Position numbers and translations under genes: made by a program. Of a DNA stretch of 64,000 bases, positions 60,075 to 64,000 are shown piece after piece. The stretch is from Eledone cirrhosa. Taxonomy: Eukaryota. The DNA is taken from assembly GCA_964016885.1 (NCBI GenBank), contig OZ024743.1, positions 247,194,001 through 247,258,000 on the forward strand, given 5' to 3'. The notes beneath the pieces are model-generated. The model had not been told where the DNA came from and did not search any database. It saw only the letters and a list, made by a program, of their open reading frames with translations. How positions within the stretch are numbered: the first letter of the stretch is position 1; each line of letters starts with the position of its first letter.

Positions 60075-60254
60075 AGGGGTGGATTGGCAGTATCGGTAGA
60101 GGGACGGACGCCATGCTTTCCAGCATAATTACGTCCCTTTACGATCTGAGTTCCAATCCCGCCGAGGTTGACTTTGCCTTTCATCCTTACGGGGTCGATA
60201 AAATAAAGTACCAGTAATGCACTGGGTAATTGCTGGCCTTGTGCCTAAAGTAGA
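60075..60254 (+). mobile_element. tRNA-derived SINE
   Basis: A box tggcagtatcgg, B-box-like gagttccaatccc, body gactttgcctttcatccttacggggtcgataaaataaagtaccag. Confidence 0.85.
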
Positions 60255-60619
60255 AACAATTATTTAATTTTAGAACCATATGTTAAGTTACTTAGTAATG
60301 AAATAATAATTTTAATAAATCCCTCAAAATTCTAAATAAATTGAAATATTTCATTAGAAAAATAGTCACAAAAGGGTTAAACAGAAAAAGGTTGTTAGTA
60401 GTGTTGTGAATAATAAACTACAACCGTAAATCAAGTAAAAAATCTTTCAGACTAAAACTAAAACTTTCTATGCTGAATTTAAAAAAAAAAAAAAAAGGAA
60501 ACTTCCTCTCTCAGAAACTTAAAGTAATGGAAAAGGACTAAGAGTTCACCATTTCTCAAGTTAGCAGTGGTAAAACCATAGCAATAAAATTGATTTAAAA
60601 TTAAAGACTTGGTACCTAC

Positions 60620-60840
60620 TTCCGATGAAAGGTACTTTTATATGATCTAGAGCTGACACCACAGCAGGTAATTCAGGAATCATGAAAAATACTAGTGCAT
60701 CAAACAAGCTGGAATGGGGAGCAATGCACACGATTGGTGCTTCTTTTGCCGATGCACAGTGGCCTTTTACTTTCACCCAGTGAAATCCCATCACAAAGAG
60801 GATGATCCGAGCGATTTTTATAATCACATACTTCAAGACC
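60620..60840 (-). CDS. LPCAT: Internal exon of a lysophosphatidylcholine acyltransferase (LPCAT1/2-like)
   Basis: VLKYVIIKIARIILFVMGFHWVKVKGHCASAKEAPIVCIAPHSSLFDALVFFMIPELPAVVSALDHIKVPFIG contains acyltransferase motif I HxxxxD in the EAPI...APHSSxFD context typical of LPCAT1/2; acceptor aatag| and donor |GTAGGT; corresponds to vertebrate LPCAT1 exon 3 as I recall it. Confidence 0.9.
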
Positions 60841-61478
60841 CTATTGCAATAAGAGAAGGAAGGATAAAAACTAGTGCTTATAACATTAACTAAAATTAAC
60901 CAGAAACTGCAATAAAATGTTCAATGTTGTTTAAAGAAATCAAAGGAAAAAAATATTTAATGCATGTAAGAAATTAGCATATTTATAAACAGATTTGTAA
61001 GTAGACATTATAAAAGAGAAATCTTGAATACAGTACATGAAAGAAAATTGTAAAACAAAAACAATGAAAATAGAAATAGTTTTTAACTAGCAATAACCAT
61101 GACATAAGCAGCTCTCAATGGCATACGATACTGATCGTAATGTAAAAATAAATAATTCTTCAGGAAAAAAAAAGGATTAGTTCAAAATATAGTTCCTTGT
61201 ATATGAATGATAAATCTATACCAAACAACTAAGAATTATCATTCATAAACAGCTGCTTTTGGTATATATTATTTTCACAATTTTTTTGGACAAAAATTTG
61301 TTTTATCTTTCAAAAAAAATTTAATCTGCCAATTTAATATTTTGGATTTGCATTTGCTTGGCAAGTGACTTAATCTGAGACCATATGTTAAAACTAAAAC
61401 AATTATATTACAGAAGAGTCATTTTAGTCATTTAAAAAATGCAAAGACTGTTATATTAAGGTTTTGTTTAGTTCTTAA

Positions 61479-61666
61479 TAATTGTTTCTACATTTGGCAC
61501 AAGGCCAGCAATTATCCCAGTGCATTACTGGTACTTTATTTTATCAACCCCAAAAGGATGAAAGGCAAAGTTAACCTCGACGGGATTTCAAGTCAGACCG
61601 TAAAGGGCCGTAACTCTAAACTGCATAGCATGGCGTACGACTCTCTACTGATACTGCCAATCCACT
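61479..61666 (-). mobile_element. tRNA-derived SINE, inverted partner of 60075-60254
   Basis: Colinear reverse complement over ~180 bp. Confidence 0.85.
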
Positions 61667-62029
61667 ATCTTTTCAAATATATAAGTAAAAATTTAAAAAA
61701 AGGAATTGGAAGATCAAAAATGTCCAGAATAATTCTGCTGTGCTGGATGAAGATCAATGAAAAGATGGGCATTGTTGTAAAAATGTAATACTTAAATTGT
61801 ATAATATAGCATGGCGAGTCCAACAAAATAAGCACTTAGGTTTATGTTTGGTAAAGCTTCATATACATATAAATGAATTGCGGAGCTACTAGTTAATTCT
61901 TGCTTTCTACTTTTCTCAAGTGTTCTGAAATCAATAGTTTCTCCCACTTTCTTATGCTAGCTCTAGATAGTAGATGCTACTTAGTAGAATAACAAATGTC
62001 CAGGTACATCACTGAATTAGTTCAATTAA

Positions 62030-62268
62030 CTTATGATACCAAACTGCTTGAAACCATCCCTGATTCTATAATACAAAACTTTATATAAAAGTATTTATTT
62101 ATCTAAAAACCTTCCATTGTAATTTTATGTTAAAACATTTAAGTTCCAAACACAGCTTAAAAATGAGCGTTACTTTACTAAAATCCCTCTAAATTCTCGA
62201 TTATTTTCAAAATCGTTTGAATATTATAAGCAGTGTCTCTCATTAGAAATATTGTAGTAAAAGGGTTA
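62030..62268. mobile_element. piggyBac-like MITE with a degenerate left end
   Basis: gataccaaactgcttgaaacc ... gtagtaaaagggTTAA; homologous to 62550-62786. Confidence 0.65.
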
Positions 62269-62549
62269 AGAAGTATAACATTCACTGTATATTATATTTC
62301 AAAATTCTTTTCTTTGTTTTCTTTCTGGAGTTAACAACACTAAAACGTACTCCACATTCCAGAACATTGGCAACATGAACTACTAAGTTAATGATTTCAA
62401 GTGTATCAATATTATTCATTTATGTTTTGGCTAGAGCAAAGTAATTTTATTTCTTAAAGCTTTACATTTCCTATATTTTTAAAACACCCCTTCAAAAAAT
62501 TCAATTTACTCCTCTCTATCTTTTACCTTTGAAAGAGAACATTAAAGTT

Positions 62550-62786
62550 TTAACCCTTTTGATACCAAACCGCTTGGAACTAGTCCAGTTTATTTTTTTT
62601 ATTTATATTTACCTAAAAACCTTCCATTCTAATTTCATGTAAGAACCTTTGTTTAGTTCCAAACAGCAGTTTAATAAGAGATTGTTAGTTGTATTACTAA
62701 ATCCTTCCAAATTCTTCATTATTTTGAAAATGATTTGAAAATAGAGGCAGTATCTTTTATTAGAAATGTGGTAACAAAAGGGTTAA
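62550..62786. mobile_element. piggyBac-like MITE with TTAA target duplication
   Basis: TTAA-cccttttgatacca ... tggtaacaaaaggg-TTAA (13/14 TIR match). Confidence 0.8.
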
Positions 62787-64000
62787 AGAAAACCATACAT
62801 TTGATTATTCACTCTTGAGCAACATGTGTAATTTACTTATGTTTCTCAATTCTCAGTTAAAAATACTATCAGGACCCTTCATATAATTGATCATTATTAG
62901 TAAGTAGTTCAGACTGTTCTCAACAAGACTAATGGGAGGATACATTAGTTCTGTTGAGAACATGACAACCCCTATAGTGTTGATGCCATGATAAAATGCA
63001 CCCAATACACTCTAAAGAAGTTGGTGTTAGGAAGGATACCTAGCTATAGAAACCATGCCACATTTGGAATGTATACAGAGTAAAGCATTTCTCTAGCTGA
63101 TTCAGGAATGCAGGAACTCTGAATAAAAACTTATCCAAACCCCAACGGCTCATCCAATGCATGACAGCATGGAAAGCAGTTGTAAAATAATAATGGTGAT
63201 GATGAAAATGAGTGATGATGATGTTTAAATATTGTCTTATAATTTAAGTATTGGTTTTACAGTAGTCCATTGTTAGTATCTCATAAATACATAAAAGAAA
63301 ACCTTGAATTTCATAATCTGTATTGTTTCTCTGAGTTTTTTCCTAGATACAGACAGAATGAAGATTTGAATATTAATATTCTAGATTTCCTTTCTCTTAA
63401 TCTATGTCCTTTTAAAGACAAAATTCTAAATTTTCTTCTCTCACCTGCATTGTTTTCTGCTTCTATGGGCAGTTCTCATTTGTATGACAAACAGTTCAAT
63501 CTTCTCATCTTTAATTAGTTTAAACGTAATTATCTCAATTTACTTTTTGCAGCACTTTTCCTTTCTTCGTCATTATTGTTGAAATCAATATAAAACAATG
63601 CTTAACGTAATATCTTACTGTTCATATTTTACATCCATTTTACCATGCTGCTATGGATTGGACTAGGGTTGGAACTTATTCTGGTTTCATGTGGCATTAA
63701 GCAACAGAGTCTAAGCAAAGATACTGCTGGTATTCATATTCAGCTGATTGGACTGAAGTAATGTAAAATAAAGTGCCTTGCTCAAGGACAAAATATACTG
63801 CCCAGTTTAGTGATCAATCTTACAATTGAGGTCAACACCCTAACCACTAGACAATGCTAAAAGGGATGAAACAAACTTTACAAAAGTAGAAAATAAAGTT
63901 CTGGCCTAGGTTAAATTATTTATACAGTGAGGGTGAAAATTTGATAGAAATATATTTAGAAAAAAGATATTGTATTGATTTCAAAATATTTTATTGATTT

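Noticed and set aside
60075-60175. tRNA gene
   Set aside because: A/B boxes continue into a SINE body; no cloverleaf

Overview
Eukaryotic, AT-rich, non-bacterial DNA. The SINE/LINE repertoire and huge (TA)n/(TACA)n arrays suggest a coleoid cephalopod such as Octopus (inference). The only host coding sequence I can support is one 221-bp minus-strand exon (60620-60840) of an LPCAT1/2-type lysophospholipid acyltransferase. I found no next exon, so most of the window is probably one large intron. Positions ~4.9-44.7 kb form a ~40-kb nest in which TA-rich microsatellite arrays alternate with retroelements. These include a near-full-length RTE LINE (APE + RT with an inserted PHD finger), about 12 truncated RTE copies from several subfamilies, two CR1/L2-group LINEs, bipartite non-autonomous RTE-like elements, and several non-coding Penelope-like 3' ends. 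The main hidden signal is a cluster of six type I hammerhead-ribozyme-like motifs from about five different sequence families. There is also a tiny ~90-bp TA-embedded element with fixed ends whose modules occur inverted, deleted, or loaded with a hammerhead. The flanks contain tRNA-derived SINEs, MITEs and long palindromes, and an inverted SINE pair brackets the LPCAT exon. All YI/YIH-rich ORFs in the supplied track are microsatellite artefacts. Coordinates were read by eye; element boundaries are approximate.
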